From an uncultured Thermotogae bacterium (GTDB lineage Bacteria > Bipolaricaulota > Bipolaricaulia > UBA7950 > UBA9294): a stretch of 61,469 nt of DNA. A program made the translations under genes and the position numbers. A model generated the notes under the pieces. That model was not told the DNA's origin, searched no databases, and saw nothing but the letters and a program-made list of their open reading frames with translations. Positions 45,288 through 53,094 of the stretch are shown here, one piece after another. The stretch lies in assembly GCA_964530075.1 (NCBI GenBank), contig CAZGXU010000005.1:1-61469 (forward strand). Reading direction: 5' to 3'. Each line of letters starts with the position of its first letter. Position 1 is the stretch's first letter.

Positions 45288-46441
45288 TGAGAAAGGGCTT
45301 CATCGCGGCGGCACTCGCTCTTGCGATCGCGCTGCCGGTCCTGGGAGGGGACACCGTGAAACGAATCAACGACGACGGGTTCGGCAACCCGAACAACATC
45401 GGCATCGTCCACATGGAGGTACATGAAGGACGGCTGTACGCCGGGACGTGGAATCCGACCGATGGTTGCCTCGTCTACGCATCGGGCGACGGCGAGGCGT
45501 GGGAGCCGGTCAATGCGCCGGGGTTCGGCGACGTGGGGAATCAAGCGGTCGTGCGGATGCGGTCCGTCGGGGAGTACCTCTACGTCGGAACGTGGAACAA
45601 CCGAACCGGGGGGCAGCTTTGGCGAGCGAGGCAGCCGGGCGCGTCTTCAGACTGGGAACAGATTACGGGAGACGGGTTCGGGAACCCCGCGAATCTCACG
45701 CTCTGTTCGATCCGGCCGTTCGGCGAGTGGCTGTACGTCGGCCTGTTCAACCCGAGCCAAGGCGAAGAGGTCTGGCGCAGCCACGACGGGACCCGCGGTT
45801 CCTTCGTAAAATCGTTCGATAAAGGCCTGGGGATCACCGGAGCGACCGACGCGAGCGTGCTGTACGTGTGGAAGGACCACCTGTATCTCGGCACGGAGTC
45901 GGCCCAGCCGCCGTATCCCGGGTGCGACGTCTGGCGGACGGCCGGACCGGACGAATCCAGCGAGGAGACGTGGATCCGCGTCGGGCAATCGGGCTTCGGC
46001 GACACCAAGTCGTTCAACGCGTTCCGCATGATCGAGTTCCGCGGCGATCTCTACGTCGGGACGTGGGGCTTCGGCGTCTCGTCGTTCACGCCCCACCTCG
46101 GCCCGAAGGGGACGACCGTCTGGCGCACGAGCGGAGAGGGCAAAGGCCCCTTCACCGACTGGGAGCAGGTGAACGAGGACGGGTTCGGCAACGTCGGATA
46201 CGACTGCACGCTCGCGATGGAGGTCGTCGGCGGCACCCTCTACGTCGGTGGATTCGGCAATCACGGATTCCTGTTCGCTACGGAGGACGGCACCACGTGG
46301 CGAGAGATCACCGAGGACGGATTCCTGGAGACGTCCGAGTTCGGAATCCACGCGTTGGAAGAGCTGAACGGCGACCTCTACATCGGGATTCAGAACTGGA
46401 CCAAGCCAGCGGAGCTCTGGGTACTGCGAGGAGCGCAGTGA
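45287..46441 (+). CDS. Secreted repeat (beta-propeller-like) protein
   Basis: Signal peptide MRKGFIAAALALAIALPVLGG. About seven ~50-aa repeats of the form DGFGN(x)n...G.LYVGT.N...G.EVWR. ATG shares its first base with the last base of the upstream TGA. Confidence 0.6.
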   Translation: MRKGFIAAALALAIALPVLGGDTVKRINDDGFGNPNNIGIVHMEVHEGRLYAGTWNPTDGCLVYASGDGEAWEPVNAPGFGDVGNQAVVRMRSVGEYLYVGTWNNRTGGQLWRARQPGASSDWEQITGDGFGNPANLTLCSIRPFGEWLYVGLFNPSQGEEVWRSHDGTRGSFVKSFDKGLGITGATDASVLYVWKDHLYLGTESAQPPYPGCDVWRTAGPDESSEETWIRVGQSGFGDTKSFNAFRMIEFRGDLYVGTWGFGVSSFTPHLGPKGTTVWRTSGEGKGPFTDWEQVNEDGFGNVGYDCTLAMEVVGGTLYVGGFGNHGFLFATEDGTTWREITEDGFLETSEFGIHALEELNGDLYIGIQNWTKPAELWVLRGAQ

Positions 46442-47178
46442 CCGCGGATCGCCGAGGAGACACGAACGGAACACGCGCGGGGATCCTCGTCGACCGGTTC
46501 GATCTGGACGGGGTCGACATCGAGCTCGCCTCGGAATCGCTTTGGCCTGTGCTGGAACGCGGCGGTTTCTCGCGCTCCGACGCGGTAAGGACCCGGGTCG
46601 ATGAGCTGCTGCCGCTCGGCGCATCCCTTCTCCGTCCCCGAGCCATGGGACGGTTGTACGATGTGGGTGCGGCCGCGGAGCCGGAGCGAGCGACGCTGCC
46701 CGATCCGATCCGCGAAGCGGAGTTCCTCTGCTTCGGCCTCTGCACCGCCGGGCGGGCGATCGACGACCGCGCACGGGCGCTCTGCGAGGAAGGGGAGCTA
46801 ATCGACTCGATGATCCTCGACGCGATCGCGATGACCGGCCTCTCGCTCATCGGCGATCGACTCGGTCGAACGATCTTCGGCTGGGCCGAGGAGCGCGACC
46901 TGTCCGCGAGTCGCGCGTTCTCGCCGGGCGCTGGCGCGAGCCACTGGGGCTTGGAGCACCAGCGCTTCCTGTTCGACCACCTACCGGAGAGGCCGCTCGA
47001 CGTGGAGCTGACCGACCGGTTCCTGATGAAGCCGTCGAAGAGCGTGTCGTTCGTCATCGGGATTGGCGAACGGATCAACCGGGCGAAGAACCCGTTTTCG
47101 TGCGAGGGGTGCGATCGGTTCGATTGCGCCTATCGCCACATTCCGGAAAGCGAAACGGTCTGTCCGGAAACCGGTTAG
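46438..47178 (+). CDS. Stand-alone methionine-synthase activation-domain-like protein (Met_synt_B12-like)
   Basis: About 246 aa from GTG 46438. ...MILDAIAMTGLSLIGDRL..., RAFSPGAGASHWGLEHQRFLFDHLPERPLDVELTDRFLMKPSKSVSFVIGIG resembles the MetH reactivation (AdoMet-binding) module. C-terminal CEGCDRFDCAYRH Cys motif. Confidence 0.6.
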   Translation: MTADRRGDTNGTRAGILVDRFDLDGVDIELASESLWPVLERGGFSRSDAVRTRVDELLPLGASLLRPRAMGRLYDVGAAAEPERATLPDPIREAEFLCFGLCTAGRAIDDRARALCEEGELIDSMILDAIAMTGLSLIGDRLGRTIFGWAEERDLSASRAFSPGAGASHWGLEHQRFLFDHLPERPLDVELTDRFLMKPSKSVSFVIGIGERINRAKNPFSCEGCDRFDCAYRHIPESETVCPETG

Positions 47179-47204
47179 GCGGGCTCTTCGCAGGAGGAGA
47201 GGAC

Positions 47205-48311
47205 ATGAACGAAGCACACGAGGCGGTGTATCGTCGACTGGCCGAGCACCTCGATACGTTGCCGGACGGGTATCCTCCGAGCACGAGCGGCGCCGAACTG
47301 CGCGTGCTGGAACGGCTGTTCACGCCCGAGGAGGCCGAGCTGGCCGTCCATCTGACCCTCGATCGGGAGACGGCGCAGACCATCGGCGCTCGTGCGGGCC
47401 TCTCCGTCGAAGAGGCCGCACCGCGGCTTGACGGGATGGCGAGGAAGGGGCTGATCCTCTCGGTCGAACGGGAAGGTGAGCCCACGCTGTACCAGGCCGT
47501 TCCGTTCGTCGTGGGGATCTTCGAGTTTCAGGTCAACGACCTCACGCCCGAATTCCTGGGCGATCTCGTGGAGTACGCGGAGACACGCGGCGAGTTTCCA
47601 AAGGTGAAGAGCATTCCCCAGCTCCGCACGGTCCCCGTCGGGGTCAGCCTCGCGTCGCACACCGAGGCGCTTCCGTACGAGCGGGTGGAGGAGCTCGTCC
47701 ACACGCACGATCGATTCGCCGTCGCCCCGTGCCTGTGTCGTACGATCGCCGGCATGGCCGGAACCGCCTGCGACGCGCCGGTCGAGACGTGCCTCTTCTT
47801 CGGCGACTGGGCCGACTTCTACGTGAACACCGGTCGCGGCCGGAGGATCGAGCGAGAAGAGGTTTTCCGCCTTCTCGAGCAGGCCAACGAGGCGAACCTC
47901 GTCCTGCAGTCGAGCAACTCGAAGGAGACATCCGTGATCTGCTGCTGCTGCGGTTGCTGCTGCGGCGTGCTGACACCGCTCAAGGCGCTGGAGAATCCGG
48001 CAGACGAGGTCGCCAGTGCGTTCACCGCGGCGTACGACGAATCCGCTTGTGTCGGTTGCCACAAGTGCCTGACCAGGTGCCAGATGGACGCGATCTCACG
48101 CGACGGGGATCGGATCGCTCTGGCCCGCAACCGCTGCATCGGATGCGGACTGTGCGTCGCGACCTGTCCGAGCGGGGCGCTGCGACTCGTTCGCCGCGAG
48201 GGGGCCGACGACGCACCGCCGCCCGACGACGTCAACGCGATGTGGAAGGTCATGCGCAAGGCGCAGGTGGGTGGAAGCCACGACGGAGACGATCTCCCGA
48301 TTGGAGGTTGA
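47205..48311 (+). CDS. Poly-cysteine / 2x[4Fe-4S] ferredoxin-domain protein with N-terminal wHTH-like domain
   Basis: 368 aa after AGGAGGAGAGG. Run CCCCGCCC (47940-47963), then CVGCHKCLTRC and CIGCGLCVATCP ferredoxin motifs. Confidence 0.75.
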   Translation: MNEAHEAVYRRLAEHLDTLPDGYPPSTSGAELRVLERLFTPEEAELAVHLTLDRETAQTIGARAGLSVEEAAPRLDGMARKGLILSVEREGEPTLYQAVPFVVGIFEFQVNDLTPEFLGDLVEYAETRGEFPKVKSIPQLRTVPVGVSLASHTEALPYERVEELVHTHDRFAVAPCLCRTIAGMAGTACDAPVETCLFFGDWADFYVNTGRGRRIEREEVFRLLEQANEANLVLQSSNSKETSVICCCCGCCCGVLTPLKALENPADEVASAFTAAYDESACVGCHKCLTRCQMDAISRDGDRIALARNRCIGCGLCVATCPSGALRLVRREGADDAPPPDDVNAMWKVMRKAQVGGSHDGDDLPIGG

Positions 48312-48387
48312 ACGAGCCGATGTCCGTCATCGCCGATCCGACGACCAGCAAGGTCGGCCCCCCTCCGTATCGCGCTCGGGAGCCCGT

Positions 48388-49179
48388 ATGAAGCCGAGGA
48401 TCGAAACGGCGAAGGACTACGACGACCTCAGCGCGCGAGCCGCTCGTTTTCTGTGCGATTTCATCCGATCGACTCCTCGCGCTGTGATCGCGTTGCCGAC
48501 CGGCCGGACTCCCGTCGAAGCGTATCGGCAGACGGTCGAGCGACTTCGCGCCAATTCGTCGGATTGCTCGAGGCTGTTCCTCGTCGACATCGATGAGATT
48601 GCCGGCCTTCCTCCGGATCATCCCGCAAGCTGCGCTCAGACGCTGCGCCGGCAGCTCCTCGATCGGCATCCGGTCTCGATGGCCTCCTGTCGCCTACTCG
48701 ACGGTGCGGCGGACGACCTGACCGCGGAGGCCGCGTGTCACGAGAAGGCGATCCGGGACCGTGGAGGCCTCGATCTGGCGGTCCTCGGCATCGGCGTGAA
48801 CGGCCACATCGCGCTCAACGAACCCGGCACGCCCTTCGACTCAGGAGCCCACGTGTCCCCGCTCACGAGCTCGACGATCGAGAGGCTCCCGCTGCCCGGC
48901 GGATCCGACGGGATGACACCGACGCTCGGCTTGACGTTGGGAATCGGAACCATCCTTCGAGCACGGAGGATCCTGCTGCTTGCGAGCGGCGACGACAAAG
49001 CCGACGTCCTCAACGCTGCGCTGAACGGCGACGTGACCGAGCGGATCCCTGCTACCGCGCTCCAGATGCACCCGGGGCTTCACGTCATCGCCGACGAGCC
49101 GGCCTTGACCCTGTGGAGGCCTCAGCAGGAACGGGCAGGATCACGAAAGCGGAGGGGAAGATGCCTGCGAGGTCCTTGA
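48388..49179 (+). CDS. Glucosamine-6-phosphate deaminase/isomerase family protein (NagB-like)
   Basis: IALPTGRTP, ...DLAVLGIGVNGHIALNEPG..., ...ILLLASGDDKA... blocks of the NagB/6-phosphogluconolactonase family. The 3' end overlaps the next gene by 19 nt. Confidence 0.8.
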   Translation: MKPRIETAKDYDDLSARAARFLCDFIRSTPRAVIALPTGRTPVEAYRQTVERLRANSSDCSRLFLVDIDEIAGLPPDHPASCAQTLRRQLLDRHPVSMASCRLLDGAADDLTAEAACHEKAIRDRGGLDLAVLGIGVNGHIALNEPGTPFDSGAHVSPLTSSTIERLPLPGGSDGMTPTLGLTLGIGTILRARRILLLASGDDKADVLNAALNGDVTERIPATALQMHPGLHVIADEPALTLWRPQQERAGSRKRRGRCLRGP

Positions 49180-50432
49180 AGGTCTGCGTGATCGGGGGCG
49201 GAAGCACCTACACGCCGGAGCTGATCGACGGCCTCATCGATCTGGGTCGCTCGCTTCCCATCGAGGAAGTGGCGTTGATGGACGTCGATGCGGGAAGGCT
49301 CGAAACGCTCGGCGCACTGGCCCGGAGGATGGTGGCCGCCGCCCATCGTGAGATTGCGGTCCGGACGACGTGCGATCGACTGGACGCGCTTCGCGATGCC
49401 GACTACGTGGTGACGCAGATCCGCGTCGGTGGGACGAAGGCCCGGATCCAGGACGAGCGGATCCCCCTCAGGCACGGGGTCATCGGCCAGGAAACCACCG
49501 GTCCCGGCGGCTTCGCCAACGCCCTGCGAACCATTCCCGTGATGCTCGACATCGCGGCGGACACGGCCCGGGTTGCCCCGAGGGCCCGTCTCATCAACTT
49601 CACCAATCCGTCCGGCAGCGTCACCGAAGCGCTGGCCAAACACTCGGAGGTCGAGCCTATCGGACTGTGCAACGGCCCCATCGGAGCTCGACGGGCCATC
49701 GCAGAGCTGCTGGACGCGGATCCCGAGCGGATCTTCATGGACTGGGTCGGGCTCAACCACTTGAGTTGGGTCCGCGGCGTCACGCTGGACGGGCGGGAGA
49801 TCATCGGTGACGTCATCGAGCGGGCGATCTCCAGTGGGCTCGTTTCTCAGTTTTCGCCGGCCTTGCTGAGAGGGCTTGAGATGCTGCCGAGCTACTACCT
49901 CGACTACTACTACAACACGAACCGCGTCCTTTCCGAACAGCGAGCCGCCGAGCGGACCCGCGGCGAGGAGGTGCTCGAGATGGAACGGCGGCTCCTCGAC
50001 AGCTACGCGGATCCTGCACTCGCCACCAAGCCGGCGGAACTGGGGAAGCGTGGTGGGGCCTACTACTCCACGGCCGCCGTGTCCCTCATCCGTGCGCTCG
50101 AAGGTGAGGACGGCATCCACATCGTGAACGTGCCCAACCGCGGGGCCATGGCGGAGCTTCCCGGAAACGTCGCGGTGGAGGTTCCGTGCTCCATCGAGAG
50201 CGGCACGGTGCGGCCTTTGCCCTGTTCGCCTCTTCCTGCGACGATTCGCGGGCTCGTGCAGTCCGTGAAGTCGTACGAGGAGCTGACCATCCAGGCGAGT
50301 GTGGAGGGCGACGAGGACGCCGCCGTTCTGGCGCTCCTTGCCCACCCGCTCGTCCCCGGCTTCGATGTCGCCGAGAAGATCTGGGAGGACATCAAGAGGA
50401 TCCATGCGCGATACTTGCCGCAGTTCGTGTGA
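49161..50432 (+). CDS. Glycoside hydrolase family 4 (6-phospho-beta-glucosidase, CelF/ChbF-like)
   Basis: 423 aa. NAD-binding N-terminus KVCVIGGGSTYTPELIDGL, ...QIRVGG...DE..P...G.IGQETTGPGG..., INFTNPSG, CNGP, GLNHLSW: canonical GH4 blocks. Confidence 0.85.
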   Translation: MPARSLKVCVIGGGSTYTPELIDGLIDLGRSLPIEEVALMDVDAGRLETLGALARRMVAAAHREIAVRTTCDRLDALRDADYVVTQIRVGGTKARIQDERIPLRHGVIGQETTGPGGFANALRTIPVMLDIAADTARVAPRARLINFTNPSGSVTEALAKHSEVEPIGLCNGPIGARRAIAELLDADPERIFMDWVGLNHLSWVRGVTLDGREIIGDVIERAISSGLVSQFSPALLRGLEMLPSYYLDYYYNTNRVLSEQRAAERTRGEEVLEMERRLLDSYADPALATKPAELGKRGGAYYSTAAVSLIRALEGEDGIHIVNVPNRGAMAELPGNVAVEVPCSIESGTVRPLPCSPLPATIRGLVQSVKSYEELTIQASVEGDEDAAVLALLAHPLVPGFDVAEKIWEDIKRIHARYLPQFV

Positions 50433-50456
50433 GAGCGGCGAACGGAGAAAGCGCTC

Positions 50457-51461
50457 GTGGAGCATGTGCTCGGCGTAGACGGAGGCAATTCCAAGACGTT
50501 CGCGTTGATCGTCGACGTCGAGGGACACGCGCTCGGCTTCGCGCGAGCCGAGGGCAGCAACCACGAGCGAATCGGCTTTGCCGAAGCCGAGCTCGTTCTC
50601 GAGCGGGTCGCGCGCGAGGGCCTTGCGCAAGCGGGAATCGACGCACCCGCCGACTTCGGATTCTGGGGTCTCGCCGGAGCGGACGTACCTTCCGACTTCG
50701 AGGCGCTGGACGCCATCGTCGCGCGAATCGGCGCCGCGAGGAAGAACACGGTGAAGAACGATCTGGCCGCCGCCATGGGTGCAGGACTGTCGCGAGGGTG
50801 GGGCGTCGGAATCGTCTTCGGGGCCGGGTTCAGCGCCGGAGGACTCGCGCCGGACGGCCGCGAGATCAAGTTGCCCTCCATGGGGGCCACGACCGGGGAT
50901 TGGGGCGGCGCAGGCGTCCTGGCCATAGAGGTGCTTCGGCTGGCTCACCGCAGCTACGACCGCCGCGGCGACAGGTCGCTGCTCGAGAAGCGGGTGCCCG
51001 CCGTCTTGGGGATCTCCTCGTTCGAAGAGCTCCCCGCGAGACTCCGCGACGAAACCATCGATTGGGAAGCCGCCTTCGCCGAACTGCCGCCACTGCTGTT
51101 CGAGGTGGCCGCTGCCGGAGACGGGGTCGCTCGCGGCCTGGTCGCCCGTGTCGGAGAGGAAGTCGGCACGACCACAGCCGCGCTGATCGAGCGGCTGGGA
51201 TTGCGAGAGACGGACGTCGAAGTGGTGCTCGGCGGCTCCGTCTTCCGCGGTGAGGGATCGCTTCTTCTCGAAACGGTGCGGACGGCGATCAGGCCGTTCG
51301 CACCGCGGGCGCGCATCGTCCTCCCCGAGTTCCACCCCGTCGTGGGCGCTGCCTTCCAGGCAATGCGGGAACTCGGAATCGATGTGGACGATCGAATCCG
51401 AAGGAACATGCGAGCCAGCCTCCCTGCCGAGCTGCTGGAACCGAGAGCGGAGCGTGGGTAG
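50457..51461 (+). CDS. BadF/BadG/BcrA/BcrD-type ATPase (N-acetylglucosamine-kinase-like)
   Basis: 334 aa (GTG start). VLGVDGGNSKTFALI, ...GLAGAD..., ...GDWGGAG..., ...VVLGGSVF... ASKHA sugar-kinase pattern. Confidence 0.8.
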   Translation: MEHVLGVDGGNSKTFALIVDVEGHALGFARAEGSNHERIGFAEAELVLERVAREGLAQAGIDAPADFGFWGLAGADVPSDFEALDAIVARIGAARKNTVKNDLAAAMGAGLSRGWGVGIVFGAGFSAGGLAPDGREIKLPSMGATTGDWGGAGVLAIEVLRLAHRSYDRRGDRSLLEKRVPAVLGISSFEELPARLRDETIDWEAAFAELPPLLFEVAAAGDGVARGLVARVGEEVGTTTAALIERLGLRETDVEVVLGGSVFRGEGSLLLETVRTAIRPFAPRARIVLPEFHPVVGAAFQAMRELGIDVDDRIRRNMRASLPAELLEPRAERG

Positions 51462-51535
51462 CGGGAATCGAAGCCGTTTCGCGGAAGGGGAATCCCCCCT
51501 CCGTCTGCGACGCCGAGCCGACGGACCGCGATACG

Positions 51536-52402
51536 CTACAACCCAGCGGCCTCCAGCACTTCGGGGACCCGCTTCTCCCAGCCGAGCGGCATGATGTGGA
51601 CCCCTTGACAGACGTCCACGATCTCGCCGATCAACCGCGCGGCGATCTCGACCGACTTCGCCGGGCGGTCCTCCGCGTTCGCCATCTCCTGGATCAGCGC
51701 ATCGGGGACGTGCACGCCGGCGACGTTCTTGTTCATGAACCGCGCCATGCCGGGCGACTTGAGGAGGATGATCCCGGCCATCACGGGCACGCCGAACCGC
51801 TCCGCCTCCTCCATGAACCGCGCGAACGCCTCCGCGTCGAAGACCGCCTGGGTCTGGAAGAACGCGGCACCCGCGGCGATCTTCTTCTCCATCTTGATCA
51901 GCTGCGGCTCGACGGGATCGGCTCCCGGTGTGACGACGGCCCCGAGGCAGAAGTCGGGGCTCCCGTCGAGCTCGTTGCCGCCCATGTCGTTTCCTTGATT
52001 GAGCCCTTTCGCCGCGGCGAGGAGCGACACCGAGTCGAGGTCGAAGACGGCCTTCGCGTCGGGGAAGTCGCCGAGCGCGACGTGATCGCCGGTCAAACAG
52101 AGGACGTTCTCGATCCCGAGCGCCCACGCGGAGAGCAGATCGGACTGCAGCGCGATCCGGTTCCGGTCGCGACACGTCACCTGGAAGACGGGTTCGATCC
52201 CGCGCTCCTTCAGCATCCGCGACGCAGCGAGCGACCCGAGGCGCATCACCGAAGACTGCTGATCGGTGATGTTGATCGCGTCGACGCGCGGATTCAGCCG
52301 CTCCGCGTTCTCGATCATCTCCGCGGTGTCGGTCCCCTTCGGCGGGGCGACCTCGGAGGTGATGACGAACTTGCCGGCACGGAACAGATCGGTCAGTTTC
52401 AT
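51536..52402 (-). CDS. metF: Methylenetetrahydrofolate reductase, acetogen/MetF type
   Basis: 288 aa from ATG 52402. FVITSEVAPPKG, INITDQ, ...QVTCRDRNR.ALQSDLL.A...GIENVLCLTGD..., FFQTQAVFD MTHFR blocks. Embedded in the artefactual 547-aa ORF 51536..53179. Confidence 0.9.
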   Translation of the reverse strand: MKLTDLFRAGKFVITSEVAPPKGTDTAEMIENAERLNPRVDAINITDQQSSVMRLGSLAASRMLKERGIEPVFQVTCRDRNRIALQSDLLSAWALGIENVLCLTGDHVALGDFPDAKAVFDLDSVSLLAAAKGLNQGNDMGGNELDGSPDFCLGAVVTPGADPVEPQLIKMEKKIAAGAAFFQTQAVFDAEAFARFMEEAERFGVPVMAGIILLKSPGMARFMNKNVAGVHVPDALIQEMANAEDRPAKSVEIAARLIGEIVDVCQGVHIMPLGWEKRVPEVLEAAGL

Positions 52403-53094
52403 CGGGTCACGTCCTCCGTCGTCTTCATGTCGATCGCCCACGTGCGGGTCCCTCGGATCGCGCTCGGCGGACGCATCTGCGCGTGGTCCTTGACTTGCAG
52501 CGGACTGCGGCGCAGCAGGTCGAGCCGCCCCTGCTTCTCGAGGCGCTCGTAGATGACGTCCCACGCGCACCGCCGAACCTCCGGCTCGACCTCGCACCGC
52601 CCGTCCTTCGCGCCGCCGCACGGCCCGTTGACCAACTGCTTCGCACAGGCGGTCAACGGACAGACGCCGGCGGTGAACTCGAGGAAGCACTGCCCGCACT
52701 CGGCGCAGCGCTCCTCCCCCTGCCATTCGCCGCGTATCCCGCCGAGGGAGATCGTGTTGCAGGCAGGATGGACGGCCTTGTCGATCACCGTCGCCGACGC
52801 TTGGATCCCGATCCCGCATGTCGAGACGACGACCGAGTCCGCGCGCTCCAGTGCCTCGGCGAACGGCCGGAGCCCGGTCCGGATCAGCGCCTTCTGGCAA
52901 AGGAAATCGACGACCTTCCAACCGACGACCTCCAGCCCGCGTCCCTCCAACTCGGCCTTCAACGCCTGGATCTCCGGTCCCCCACCCGTTCCGGAGGCGG
53001 CCGCACATCCGTCGCAGCCGAGGAGGAAGACCGCACGCTCTCCGGCGAGGAACCCCATGATCTCGTCGATGGGCTTCCGTACTGTTACGAGCAT
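52399..53094 (-). CDS. metV: MetV: MTHFR C-terminal-domain Fe-S/zinc-ribbon subunit
   Basis: 231 aa. Cys-rich blocks LLGCDGCAA, STCGIG, CAECGQCFLEFTAGVCPLTACAKQLVNGPCGGAKDGRCEV, typical of the small subunit encoded next to metF in acetogens. ATGA overlap with metF. Confidence 0.8.
   Translation of the reverse strand: MLVTVRKPIDEIMGFLAGERAVFLLGCDGCAAASGTGGGPEIQALKAELEGRGLEVVGWKVVDFLCQKALIRTGLRPFAEALERADSVVVSTCGIGIQASATVIDKAVHPACNTISLGGIRGEWQGEERCAECGQCFLEFTAGVCPLTACAKQLVNGPCGGAKDGRCEVEPEVRRCAWDVIYERLEKQGRLDLLRRSPLQVKDHAQMRPPSAIRGTRTWAIDMKTTEDVTR

Noticed and set aside
49122-52175. 1017-aa minus-strand ORF spanning the GH4, kinase and metF regions. Many similar long ORFs were also noticed: 20448..23288 +, 532..1707 +, 16843..17985 -, 23635..24975 -, 29008..30162 -, 33837..34964 -, 35584..36990 -, 39337..40896 -, 43812..45284 -, 42723..43739 -.
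   Set aside because: These are Arg/Pro/Gly/Asp-rich low-complexity translations antisense or out of frame to genes with clear family motifs. This is the classic stop-codon-poor artefact of about 65-70% G+C DNA. None shows any recognisable domain.
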